64,000 nucleotides of DNA from Penicillus capitatus (Eukaryota; Plantae; Chlorophyta): contig OZ287695.1 in NCBI GenBank assembly GCA_965649825.1, positions 1,477,288 through 1,541,287 on the forward strand, read 5' to 3'. Positions within the stretch are counted from its first letter, which is position 1; every line of letters starts with the position of its first letter. Position numbers and translations under genes: made by a program. Below the pieces are notes generated by a model. The model was not told the DNA's origin, did no database searches, and saw only the letters and a list, made by a program, of their open reading frames with translations. Of the stretch, positions 1 to 13,800 are shown one piece after another.

Positions 1-150
1 TGGAGGCCGTACAGGATTACCTACCTCATGTCTTGCTGCTGTGGGAGGCCTGGAGGCCGTCATGGATTACCAACCTGATGTCTAGCTGCTGTCGGAGGCC
101 TGGAGGCCGTCATGGATTACCTACCTCATGTCTTGCTGCTGTCGGAGGCC
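1..150. repeat. 50-bp tandem repeat (x3, may continue left of the window)
   Basis: TGGAGGCCGT recurs at 1, 51, 101 and 151 with near-identical intervening sequence. Confidence 0.95.
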
Positions 151-526
151 TGGAGGCCGTCCTGGATGTCGTATCCCTGCGTCTCGCTGTGACTGGCTGC
201 TGTATTGGATGCCCCTGACGATCTGATTGCCTGCTGGCGGCTAGTGGAGGCCGTCCTGGATGTCATATCCATGCGTCTCGCTGTGACTGGCTGCTGTATT
301 GGATGCCCCTGACGATCTGTTTGCCTGCTGGCGGCTAGTGGAGGCCGTCCTGGATGTCGTATCCCTGCGTCTCGCTGTGACTGGCTGCTGTATTGGATGC
401 CCCTGACGATCTGTTTGCCTGCTGGCGGCTAGTGGAGGCCGTCCTGGATGTCGTATCCCTGCGTCTCGCTGTGACTGGCTGCTGTATTGGATGCCCCTGA
501 CGATCTGATTGCCAGCTGGCTGCCAG
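151..526. repeat. 94-bp tandem repeat (x4)
   Basis: TGGAGGCCGTCCTGGATGTC starts at 151, 245, 339 and 433. Confidence 0.95.
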
Positions 527-3150
527 TGGAGGCAGCCAGCGCGCCCTACCTTCCGCTCTGGCCGCCAGTGGAGGCGGCAATGGCGGCCGACTGACATCTG
601 GCCGTCACTCAAGGCCTACCTTCCGCTCTGGCCGCCAGTGGAGGCGGCAATGGCGGCCGACCCAACGCTCTGGCTGCCAGTGGAGGCAGCCAGAGCACTC
701 TACCTACCTGCTCTGGCCGCGAGTGGAGGCGGCAATGGCGGCCCACAGTCATCTGGCCGCCGCTGGAGGCCGGCCCTCACGCTCTGGCTGCCAGTGGAGG
801 CAGCCAGAGCACTCTACTTACCTGCTCTGGCCGCGAGTGGAGGCGGCAATGGCGGCCAACTGACATCTGGCCGCCGCTGGAGGCCGGCCCTCACGCTCTG
901 GCTGCCAGTGGAGGCAGCCAGAGCACTCTACCTACCTGCTCTGGCCGCCGCCGCCGAAGACAAAGACAGGCGTCCAACCTGACATCTGGCCGCCGCTGGG
1001 AGGCCGGCCCTCACGCTCTGGCCGCCAGTGGAGGCAGCCAGAGCACTCTACTTACCTGCTCTGGCCGCGAGTGGAGGCGGCAATGGCGGCCAACTGACAT
1101 CTAGCCGCCGCTGGAGGCCGGCCCTCACGCTCTGGCTGCCAGTGGAGGCAGCCAGAGCACTCTACCTACCTGCTCTGGCCGCCGCCGCCGAAGACAAAGA
1201 CAGGCGGCCAACTGACGTCTGGCCGCCGCTGGAGGGCCGGCCCTCACGCTCTGGCTGCCAGTGGAGGCAGCCAGAGCACTCTACCTACCTGCTCTGGCCG
1301 CCGCCGCCGAAGACAAAGACAGGCGGCCAACTGACGTCTGGCCGCCGCTGGAGGCCGGCCCTCACGCTCTGGCTGCCAGTGGAGGCAGCCAGAGCACTCT
1401 ACCTACCTGCTCTGGCCGCCGCCGCCGAAGACAAAGACAGGCGTCCAACCTGACGTCTGGCCGCCGCTGGAGGCCGGCCCTCACGCTCTGGCTGCCAGTG
1501 AGGCAGCCAGAGCACTCTACCTACCTGCTCTGGCCGCCGCCGCCGAAGACAAAGACAGGCGTCCAACCTGACGTCTGGCCGCCGCTGGAGGCCGGCCCTC
1601 AAGCTCTGGCTGCCAGTGGAGGCAGCAGAGCACTCTACCTACCTGCTCTGGCCGCCGCCGCCGAAGACAAAGACAGGCGTCCAACCTGACGTCTGGCCGC
1701 CGCTGGAGGCCGGCCCTCACGCTCTGGCTGCCAGTGGAGGCAGCCAGAGCACTCTACCTACCTGATGCTCTGCCCGCCAGTGGAGGCGGCAATGGCGGCC
1801 GACTGACATCTGGCCGCACTCAAGGCCTACCTTCCGCTCTGGCCGCTAGTGGAGGCGGCAATGGCGGCCGACCCAACGCTCAGGCTGCCAGTGGAGGCAG
1901 CCAGGGCTTCCTACCTACCTGATGCTCTGGCCGCCAGTGGAGGCGGCAATGGCGGCCGACCCAACGCTCAGGCTGCCAGTGGAGGCAGCCAGAGCACTCT
2001 ACCTACCTGCTCTGGCCGCCGCCGCCGAAGACAAAGACAGGCGTCCAACCTGACATCTGGCCGCCGCTGGAGGCCGGCCCTCACGCTCTGGCCGCCAGTG
2101 GAGGCAGCCAGAGCACTCTACTTACCTGCTCTGGCCGCGAGTGGAGGCGGCAATGGCGGCCAACTGATATCTAGCCGCCGCTGGAGGCCGGCCCTCACGC
2201 TCTGGCTGCCATGGAGGCAGCCAGAGCACTCTACCTACCTGCTCTGGCCGCCGCCGCCGAAGACAAAGACAGGCGTCCAACCTGACGTCTGGCCGCCGCT
2301 GGAGGCCGGCCCTCAAGCTCTGGCTGCCAGTGGAGGCAGCCAGAGCACTCTACCTACCTGCTCTGGCCGCCGCCGCCGAAGACAAAGACAGGCGTCCAAC
2401 CTGACGTCTGGCCGCCGCTGGAGGCCGGCCCTCACGCTCTGGCTGCCAGTGGAGGCAGCCAGAGCACTCTACCTACCTGCTCTGGCCGCGAGTGGAGGCG
2501 GCAATGGCGGCCAACTGACATCTGGCCGCCGCTGGAGGCCGGCCCTCACGCTCTGGCTGCCAGTGGAGGCAGCCAGAGCACTCTACCTACCTGCTCTGGC
2601 CGCCGCCGCCGAAGACAAAGACAGGCGTCCAACCTGACGTCTGGCCGCCGCTGGAGGCCGGCCCTCACGCTCTGGCTGCCAGTGGAGGCAGCCAGAGCAC
2701 TCTACCTACCTGCTCTGGCCGCCGCCGCCGAAGACAAAGACAGGCGTCCAACCTGACGTCTGGCCGCCGCTGGAGGCCGGCCCTCACGCTCTGGCTGCCA
2801 GTGGAGGCAGCCAGAGCACTCTACCTACCTGCTCTGGCCGCCGCCGCCGAAGACAAAGACAGGCGTCCAACCTGACGTCTGGCCGCCACTCAAGGCCTAC
2901 CTTCCGCTCTGGCCGCCAGTGGAGGCGGCAATGGCGGCCGACCCAACGCTCAGGCTGCCAGTGGAGGCAGCCAGGGCTTCCTACCTACCTGATGCTCTGG
3001 CCGCCAGTGGAGGCGGCAATGGCGGCCGACCCAACGCTCAGGCTGCCAGTGGAGGCAGCCAGAGCACTCTACCTACCTGATGCTCTGCCCGCCAGTGGAG
3101 GCGGCAATGGCGGCCTACCCAACGCTCTGGCTGCCAGTGGAGGCAGTTCT
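527..3150. repeat. GC-rich modular satellite (~119-bp and variant units) built on a 12-bp-stem hairpin
   Basis: Repeated GCTCTGGCTGCC-AGTGGA-GGCAGCCAGAGC (e.g. 667-696, 2669-2698, 2788 onward) alternates with two linker modules. The common 119-bp period is not a multiple of 3. Confidence 0.95.
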
Positions 3151-4194
3151 GCACTGAAGCTGGCGCAAGCGGCCAAATCTGAGTCTGCCTCGGTGATCAA
3201 CGTCCTTTCATTTTAAGGAACTGATCTATAGGTTAGCTTTTCTTTTACAATCTCCTATCTAAACAGTGCGACAGTCTACAGAGACAGAGACAAGATGAAA
3301 ACACCGTTTTCAGTTGTAGAGATTCGTTTAGCAAACATGTTTGGAGGAAGACCCGTTGTCAAAGCTCTCTGTTATCTTTCTACCTGTTTTGTTTTGCCTC
3401 ATACAATGAATTGTGACATCGGAGTTTTTAGTTTATGAAAGAGTGACATGGCGTACGAATCAACTGCTGTCAGAGACCGTGCGTAATCTTCCCTTTGTCG
3501 AATGCACTAGACGATTTTTAAGGAACTTCAGCCGCCAGCTCGTTTATCTCAGATGGTGATTGCCTCCACAGAATAGAATACAGTATGGCGCCGTCGCCTA
3601 CCTATCTTGTCGTACAGAGATAACGACGTGTTTTCGCGAGTGAGAGAGCGTTACACTGCCACTGTGATCGAGTTCAGTTCTGACTAAAGTGTTGTCGACG
3701 TTTGCAATGTATATGGTGTGATGTGTGTGGCGTCAACGTTTAATATGTCTGTGCCAGATTCGATACAAACAATCAGAAACACAGCGTCAGAATGGACAAG
3801 GTTTATCAACCTGATGAAGTACAGTTCACAACATTAGGAGCAACTTCGCAGTCTTAGAACATGCAAGAGGTGGCTGTCGTAAACTGTGCCAGCTGAAGGA
3901 ATGCTCGGACATCCAGACATCGATGAATAGGAACTCAATGCACACGACACCCGAATGCAGTTCTTAACTTCAGTCTGGATATGAATCTCGGCGTCAGCAG
4001 ATTTCGGCAGTCTGATAGACACCCACAAAGCATGTCAAGGGAGCAGTAATGGCTGCTGCATGGAGAAGCAAGATGAAAACTGATCAACGAAACCGGAATA
4101 CATCCCAGCCATTGAGTCAAAGGGGATAGATGGCATGATGACTCAGTGCAGTGAGCATCACCGATCCGTTATACATTGGTGGATTCAGAGATGC

Positions 4195-5030
4195 CTACCT
4201 TCTCGGTGCCAGTGTCCTCTGTGCTCTCCTCCGTTCGGGTGTCCCTCTCTCGCACCGTATCCGAGACGCGGACGGGTTGTTCATCCTTATGCCGAGTCGC
4301 CGACGCCGACGCTGTGCCTGATGTGCGAGAAACGGGGAGAGAGCAGTGAACAGCCTTTGGTGTGTAGATGGCTGAGCGTTTGGTTGTCGTCTGGGCAGCA
4401 GAAATCCTTTCTTCGATCCCTTCTTCTTTTCAGCTTTAGTTATCGAGGACACGTAACCTTCTGTCAAAGCACCTGACTGTCTTTGTAGTTGTACCTTGGC
4501 GAGATTCGGCTTCGGCCACTTCCTCAAGTCTCTCCAGCGATCCGGCATCGATTCGATTTCATTATCTGTCATGCCACCCTTCATCTCTGAAGGCTAAAGG
4601 CGATCCCACAGAAGAGATCTCCATCTGCAATCTGTAACCTCGTTCAGTCGACGTGGCTTCGACGGCTGCTCCCCGTTCCTGGCACGCATCGGCTTCCGCC
4701 GATATGCATGTGATCTTTGATGGCTCTGCAACGATCAAGTCATTTCCATCGAGTCCATGACAGAGAGCACAACCACGGGAATGTCGCCTGGGTGAAAGAA
4801 TGGCCTCAGCTTCACATGCCGAGCACTCGACCACGTATTGACAGCCAAGATCGACGAAAACACGTTCTGCTTGTAGCACAACATTCAAAGCATCCGACCG
4901 CATTCACAGGTACCTAAATGGATGAAACAGCTGTCGCGTGCATACCCACCCAGCGTGGCAGCCCTTGATATTCTGTTCAGGTTGTGCGCGCAGTTCCGAT
5001 AGGCGCTGTAAGGTTCGGTCGATCTCTTGA
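4195..5030 (-). pseudogene. Unidentified, probably degenerate gene fragment
   Basis: Protein-like stretches (MLDPTDQEIDRTLQRLSELRAQ...GCHAGW; ALNVVLQAERVFVDLGCQYVVE; PDRWRDLRKWPKP) with a candidate short GT-AG intron, but no coherent frame. Confidence 0.3.
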
Positions 5031-5369
5031 TCGGTCGGGTCGAGCATAAGCTTTCACAGGATCCTCTGCACAATTGCTACGAATCGCGTGATGTGCCTCG
5101 CGCCTGTTGTGTTCGCTGGGACGACGCCATTGCAGAACAACTGGAATCGACAGACGGACAGTTGCGAATTGATGCGAGATAAACTTTGCGATGTGGCGCG
5201 GAGGTCGCGGCTGGTGCGATCCAAGCAACCACAGTTAACGAGAGAGTTAAGCATAGAAACATGGCATTTCTGTATCTCGCACTTTTGATACTGACGGACA
5301 CCTTTGTCACTCTTTTCTCTATCCTGGAGCCTTTTCTTGATCTCTTCCCGCTGCAGGTTCTCTCTCTGC

Positions 5370-6830
<1,461 letters not shown>

Positions 6831-8647
6831 GCACCACGCTGCCAACGATGTCGATCTCTTGCGTCGTTCGGTCGAGTAAATCACGAGCCTTGGCGAGACT
6901 CTCTTGCACGACAGCGACGAATCACATCTCCATTTCTCGCGTTCTGCGTTTCTCGTGTAGAATCTGATCATGCAAGCAGGCAAGCACGCCATATCATTTA
7001 CGATCCCTCCACACGAGAGCCACGGAAACGCACAAGCTTCTCAGTTCTCGAACGATTGAAGCATGCTCTCTCGCCACGCGCTCGTTTTCGTCGTTCTTTT
7101 CTTGAAGTGAGACCCCGATTTCAGCGAGGTCGGCGTTAGCTCTTTCCTGATGCCCTTGCATCTCTCGCTCCTCTACCTACTCACCGGGCAACCGTGATGC
7201 TCTCAGCGCAGGAGGTGTTGGCCTCGTAAAGATATCGAGATCCATCAGTTCTCTGCGCAGGATGCTCGCGTAGATGCAGTGAAAGGTAGGAACTGAATCC
7301 GCGATTGGATTCATCCCCTTCTGTCTCGTCTCGATTTGCCAGCCGAAACATCGAGGAGTGGACAGTCGCATTCTTTTAGCACCCGAACAAACTTTCTCCC
7401 ATCTGAAATCGTTTTACCGTCTACAGAGCCGCATCACGTAATGTATGTATTCTCGCACCGTTGTTTTGAGGACGCTTTGTTATGCGAATGCATTCCTCGG
7501 TATCGATCCAACGCGCCGAGTCGACAGGCATCTCGGTGTTCTGCGAGGAATGCCAGATCACAGTCCAAACGGCAGAGCCAAGAGCAGGCGTGACGTAAGT
7601 TCATGCATTCCACAGTGCACTTACCGTCCAAGAGCACGCGGACAGCACTGACGACATCGTCCAGGAACGCCCCGCGCGCAGAACATTCGGCGGTAGTTGT
7701 TTGTCTTTCATTACAGAGATGTTCGACAAGTGGTCTCCGAACAGAAGACGGACGTTCTCCGTCACAGCCACCACAGCATCAGTACTCGCAGGACACTAGA
7801 ACGGAACGGCATGGACGATTCCAACGGACGCAGCAGCATGCCATCCCTTTCCAATGACAATCTGCCTCTTTGGTGCGCTCTGCACAGTGGAATACGCCGA
7901 AGAGAAGGTAGGCGATGGCATCGGATCGCGACTGGCATCTGCCGCGATCTACAGTGCCATCGCACAAGTTGCTCTTGAAGCTGTCTGATCGATGGCATTG
8001 CAGACAGAACAGCAGTCTTGCACAGCCGACGCAAAACGCGACCCGACTGCGTTGATCGGAGCGAACGGCGCTTCCAAAACAGTCCCTCGACGCTGTGCGC
8101 GAGCATTAACTGAAACAACGACTCCGTGGCCGTCTGGTCCTCGCAGAAGGCGTCGTCGGTTCCGCCTTCCTTGTTCGAGGGAGTTAGGACGCACGCCAAC
8201 TCCTCGAACCGATTCGCGTTACACCGCGCAGAACGCTCTCTCGACGGCGTTTGCGACGGAAGCGCCCGAAACAGACGGCCGTCCAGACGCACAGTCCGTT
8301 CCGCTCCTGCGAAAGAGAACGCCCGCCGCGTTCCTCTGCCCAGGCAACGCGGAGCTGGCTCGAACGGTTCGCCGTTCTGAGATTGCGTCGCAACGGACGC
8401 GGAAAGTGCGTCGCGAGTTACACCTAGAGGACAGCACACGGGACATGTTGTAAAGCACTTCGACTGTAAAACACTCTGTGGAGCTTCCAGAACGCTCTTC
8501 CGCCCGCGTCGCGCTGCTAGACGACAGCATGCTGAGTTTCTGTCACTCTGGCAGCCATTCCTCTGTGCGGCGGCGCATGCAGGCGCTGCCAAACGGTCTC
8601 TGTTGCGATCCTCCGCTCGCCAGCCGCGGAGCACAACCGAGGCGGCC

Positions 8648-8654
8648 TATAAGA
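8648..8654 (+). promoter_or_regulatory. TATA-like box upstream of element ORF1
   Basis: TATAAGA lies ~100 nt upstream of the ATG at 8750, in a GC-rich context. Confidence 0.45.
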
Positions 8655-8749
8655 GTCCTGTCACAGACCCTTCCGCACTCGAGTTTCCGAGTTCTTGCTG
8701 TTTGTTTTCTCTGAGCGTTTCGACACCGACACCGACGACAACTGCGACG

Positions 8750-10066
8750 ATGGCAGACTCGCACATGGTCACGGAGGACGACTATGGATATCCAGGGAGA
8801 CCGTGAGTCCTGCCATCATGCTTTGACGCGCCGCGCGCCGCAGAACTCTTCGTCTGCCGCATGGATACGCTTTCTGTGCAATGCACGCGCCCGGCCTGCG
8901 ACCCTTGCGTTCGCGCTTCGTGATCCCGAGAATGCGGCTGCAGTTCTGTTCTTCGGAACACGTCTGTGTCGCTTTTCCTGTTCTTCGGGTTTCGGCGCCT
9001 TGAGACTGTCTTCTCTGGCCGATCACGGCCATGGTGCTCACAACACCAACACTCTGTGTGTGCTGCAGGTTTTCACAGGTGTCGCTCCAGGAGGTCCTGG
9101 GAAACAGTCCTCCCAGGGCCTTCCGCAACATGGAGCAGGGCGAGCGTGAGCAGTTGTTTTGGGCCTTAAAGGCCCAAACAACTGCTCAGAGGGGCGTCGA
9201 GCTGCAGCGGCAGCAGGCCCCTCCTGTTCGCTTTGGACCTCAGCGGGTCCAAAACGAACAGCCTCGCCGGGGGCGGCGAGCCAGGGTTCTCTCTTCTGCC
9301 GAGAGGAGAGAGCGCCTGGCTCAAGACCAGTCAGGCATGGAGTCCTCGGGCGGAGAGGTAACAACACCTCACAGAACTGTCATCTCTTGACAGTTTTCTT
9401 GTTTGCAGGCACATCAACAGCAAACACCGTGCAATCCGCCTTTGACTCCACCGCTGCCGTCCCAGCCTTCGTGTTCTCGGCAGCCTCCGGCCTCCCAGCC
9501 GTGCCAGCAGCAGCCTCCAGCTCAGCAGCCTCCGTGTCCTCCGGCCTCACAGCCGTGTCATCCCTATCCTCCGGCCCAGCAGCAGTACCCTCCTTGTCCT
9601 CCGGCCTCGCAGCCGTGTACCGAGCAGCCCGTGTCTCCCACCCTCATGGAATGGTCCCCCTGTTCTTTTCCTCAGCAGACCCTGTCCCCTCCCTCACTGC
9701 AGAACGTCCATCCTCCTCTCTTCCCTCCCCGTCCACAAGTTTTCTGCATCCCAGCATCCCCTCCACCTCTTATTCCTCCCCGTCCATTAAAGTTTTCACT
9801 TCCCTCATGTCCACCTCCCTTTCCAGAACGGACCTCTCGGTTTTCTCTCACCCAGCCACCTCCAATTCCCCCGCGCCCATTCATTTTTTCGGTCAGGCCA
9901 CCCGGTATCCCGCCCCGCCCATATTTCCTTTCGGGCGAATGTGTTCCTTTGGGCTCATCCGCCATCCCGGAGCGGCTATTCTTCCTTTCTGGCCAATGCG
10001 TAAGTCAATTTCTGTTACTTCTCTATTCTAATCTTGCTGTTTGTGTAGGTTGTTTTGAGTGATTAG
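8750..10066 (+). CDS. Intact spliced ORF1-position protein, Pro/Gln-rich C-terminal half (exons 8750-8802, 9069-9357, 9409-9999, 10049-10066)
   Basis: GT-AG introns in phases 2, 0, 0 keep one open frame. Exon 2 (SLQEVLG...REQLFWALK...RARVLSSAERRERL) is homologous to the copy-2 exon 2. Confidence 0.75.
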
Positions 10067-10844
10067 AGTGAGGGGCCAGTTTTTTTTGAGCTGTTTTCTG
10101 TTCGGGGGCTGAAAAATTTAAAAAAAATAAAAATTTTTATCTTCTCACATCTCACACTTTTTTTTGTGTGAGATGTTTAGAACAAAAAAAAATAAAAACG
10201 AAAGAAAAATTTTTATTCCAAGCATCTCACACTCTTCTGTGAGATTTAAAAAACAAAGAAAAAAACAAAAAGACTCAAGGGCTGTTTTCTGTTTCTATTG
10301 GGTTTTCAGCCATCTACCCTCGCTTTGTTGTACTTGGCTGTGTGTTAGTCGTTCTCACCCAGAGGCTGGTCGGAGGCTCATTTGCTCTTTGCTGCATGGA
10401 GGCTGTTATGGTTCTATCTGATGTTTTGCTGCATGGAGGCTGTGATCGTTTTATTCTCTGCTTTACTCTACTGAGGACTCTTTGTCTTACTTGCTATCTC
10501 GCTGCCTGGAGGCCGCCGTTGTTCAGTCTGCATGTCTTGCTGCAAGAAATCAATTCTCTCTGCCGAATGTTTCGTTCCAGTTGTGTTATCTGGTGTGAGA
10601 TAAGACCCAAGAGGGCGACAGCATGAAAATGCATGAAAGTTGAAGTGCTGTTTGTATCGGTCGAAGTCATGAAGAGAGTGAGTCGCTCTCAGCTCATTTT
10701 ACAGATCTCTAACTCCTCTGTCATTCTAGAACTGTCATTAGGATCGAACCAGTTTATTCGGAACTATAAGAGATCATCGAACGTTGTGTTGTGAGAGCTT
10801 TCTGGACCTCTTTCTTTGTTGCCAGCAAATGGAATACGGCAAAT

Positions 10845-13800
10845 CACACGTTAGATCGGATTCTGGAGCATTGGATGAGAGGTAATCTGGCTCTATGAGG
10901 AGGTGGAGTGAAGGTTGGACCGACATTTCGACTTATTGCGAGCAATGGAGATCATTCTCTTTACAGTTCACGTCTGCTGGCTACAAATCGTCGTGTAAAG
11001 AGCCAGTCATGCATAGGAATCGGCATGGCAGCAAAAGCAATCTTAACAGTAAGGTACAGTTCTATTATCCATTGCTAGCTGAACATCTACATTGGATGGC
11101 AGATCGTACGAAGACATCTGGATAGTCAATCTGCCTTGAAGAGGCTATTTCAGAAGAAGGGAGATAGCGAACCATCGACATCATTCGACAGAGTACAAGG
11201 TACCCGAGGAGACTGAACACGACGCTTGCAGCAGATGGAATCTGGCCATGAGACAGTTAGTTGGCTGGCAGGAGTGTCACAGAGAACTGTCGAACAGAGT
11301 GTGACGCACTTCCTGCATGACTGCACTAACAACACCCGTTAAGACTTCAATCTGAAGCGCCTTTGCTGATGTTTCTTCCAGTGCCGGACTTCAGTAACCA
11401 GTCACACTTTCCAGCCTGTTTCGACGAAGGAAGCCGCTGCTTTTGGGGATGACTGTCGACTGGGAAATCATCCCTGTGAAGAGGAAGCTGTCCGACCAAG
11501 AATGTCTCATCATCCGTTCTCCTGGTCCTCGGTGGAAATCAGCTGCAAAGTCTGCTCTGGACATTGACATTGGAGATGGTCCCGAAAAACGGAGGTTCAT
11601 GATCGAAGGGGCACTGGACAGTGACGACACGTAATCAATCATTCAGCATCCGACCTCTGGTGCAGTCCTTCGTCGTCTAGACTCTCCTGTAAGCTACACA
11701 GTGCTACTGTTTTGGCAAGATCGATCTTCATTGCTTTGAAGAAACGTAACTTGGAACAAAGGAGCAGCGATCATCTGCCTGAAGAAGCATCGAATTATCT
11801 CTCGGAGTTGGAAGGTTTCTCCGGAGAGGATTCTTCGTCGAAGATCATGTCCCATCCACTCCGTGAAGACAGGATCATCAACGGTGTTGGCTGCAGTGGA
11901 AATGGACATCCTTGACGTAAGTTCTCAATTCGATACCATTTAGCACTGTGAGCGCGTTGATGTCTCGATGGGCAGGACGAGGAAACGGTTCATGAAAGGC
12001 AATGCCCAATCCAAGCTTCGTTGATTCCGAGATCGGATCCTTGTCTCTTGGATGATCTCGTCGTTGGATGATGAAGCAGCCAATGGATGTCAACTGATCT
12101 ACGTGGACCGAGACGGGAACATAGAACAGATTGGATCCTGTTTTTGGCTTTGAACTACTCCAGCGATCAAAAGACCCCTGGCTGGGCACGGCAATGAAGA
12201 AGTGTATCGATTCCAGGCATGTCTACTTTCCCCTGTACCCTGATTGAACTTACATGTCACAGAATCAGCCAGTATTGAAGAAGAGGTGCTCGGTCTAATT
12301 CAATCTTACCAAGTGCGGAAATCCTTTGGAGAGAATAGGATGTCAGAGAGATGAATGCATTCGCTGCATATCTCAGCACAGGACAAGGATGATTCGGACA
12401 ACGAGAGCGGTCACCATACAGATGAAGGTATCCCATTCGTTTTCTCGATTGAGAAAAACGTGTGAAGTAGGCTGCGCTCATGCAAGAGACCAACAACCCA
12501 GTTTGTTTGCAGAAGGGAGTTGCACGGCAGGACATCGACTTTCTAAATCGTGGCAAACGTTGCGCAGCAATGCAGGGCTGCAACACCTCACCGATGGTCT
12601 CTATTTGGAGCTTAGTGGTAATTGACTGAGAATCTGAAGTTCACTAGTGGAAAACAAGATAAGAGGCGTCAAACTTTTCGAAGACAGCGAGAGTACAACT
12701 GAAAACATGAAGATTTGCGGACGAGTGAGAAGCTTTCCGTGACATTTTTCATTCACAGGCATCTCTGCAGGTGACCAACACGAACTTCCGGGCGGAGGGA
12801 ATCAATCGCCTTCCAGCAGACCCCGCGACTCGACTGGTATGGCCTGTCTGACCTGAGATCTCGAAGTATCCCAGATACGATGCTGTGGGTAGACCTCCTT
12901 CACGCAACCACGAGATCGATGGAACCATCCGCGGTGGAGTATCCACGCAGAAAAGGCAGAAGAAGATGATCTTCTATGCAAGCACGTTGTGCATGAGTGG
13001 TCAATGTCTCAGATGCCGTGGATTTTGTTTGAGCAACAGCCCTCGGTGAATGCTCAGTCGATCAGCGGTTCACAGCAACTTGCTATCGACAACTGCTTCC
13101 ATCGACGCATTCTGTCAGGGGCGATGAGAGGGTGGCTCGAGTGAGGTGAAAGCCGATTTTGATCTCGGCCATTCAAAGACAGAGCCCTCTATCGCAGAAC
13201 GGAGATTCCGAGTTCATCGACGATTTCTGTTTTGGCGTCAAGCAGCTCTTCCTTCGAGAAGGATTTAGCTCACTGACCGCATCGACGGTAGAAGCTGGAC
13301 TGTACATCGAAAGCTCAATGTCGAAGCAATACCAACAAACACGCTGTCATTCGTCCTCGAAGAACAGTTCATGCCGATGCAGATCCAGCATCTGGTTCTG
13401 GTTGACTGGATTCCAACTGCAGCAAGCAACCAGATGTGCCGTAAACGGAGTCTGTTCCACGAGAATAAGCACATGGAGAATCAACTCGAATCTCGGAGGA
13501 GATTGGCAGTCGAATCGCCCAGGTGAATTTCTGTGCTTGTTTACAACGGTGAGACATTCAAGGCTGGACATCAACCACGATGGGGTTTGAATCCTAGATG
13601 GCGGACGACATGCATGGTTTCGTCAAAGACTGCTGCTGCGCACACAGACAAGGCGTGGTCGACAGGAATCGACATCCGAAGCTGGAGAATTCTTGTGCCT
13701 GCAGAGTGTTCAAACTCTTTTCGCTGGCATGGCAGTTCTGCAACAGTCTACATTTTCCAACTGCTGAAGAAGCAAGCGACCTCTGTTGTTTTGTCCTGAT

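Noticed and set aside
1-3150. CRISPR-like array, or a protein encoded by the satellite ORFs
   Set aside because: The intervening sequences are recurring modules rather than unique spacers, the context is eukaryotic, and unit lengths (50, 94, 119) are not multiples of 3, so the ORFs are repeat artefacts.
7762-8634. 290-aa minus-strand ORF (also 42767-43519, 36071-36805 and 34684-35520)
   Set aside because: These are GC-rich shadow ORFs, antisense to or out of frame with real genes or the element's 5' region, and use non-ATG starts with no motifs.
11000-11750. DIRS/gypsy RT or tyrosine recombinase (KIDLH, MVPKNGGS, IGIGMAAKA)
   Set aside because: These are isolated matches without correct spacing; the ordered L1-type motifs fit better.
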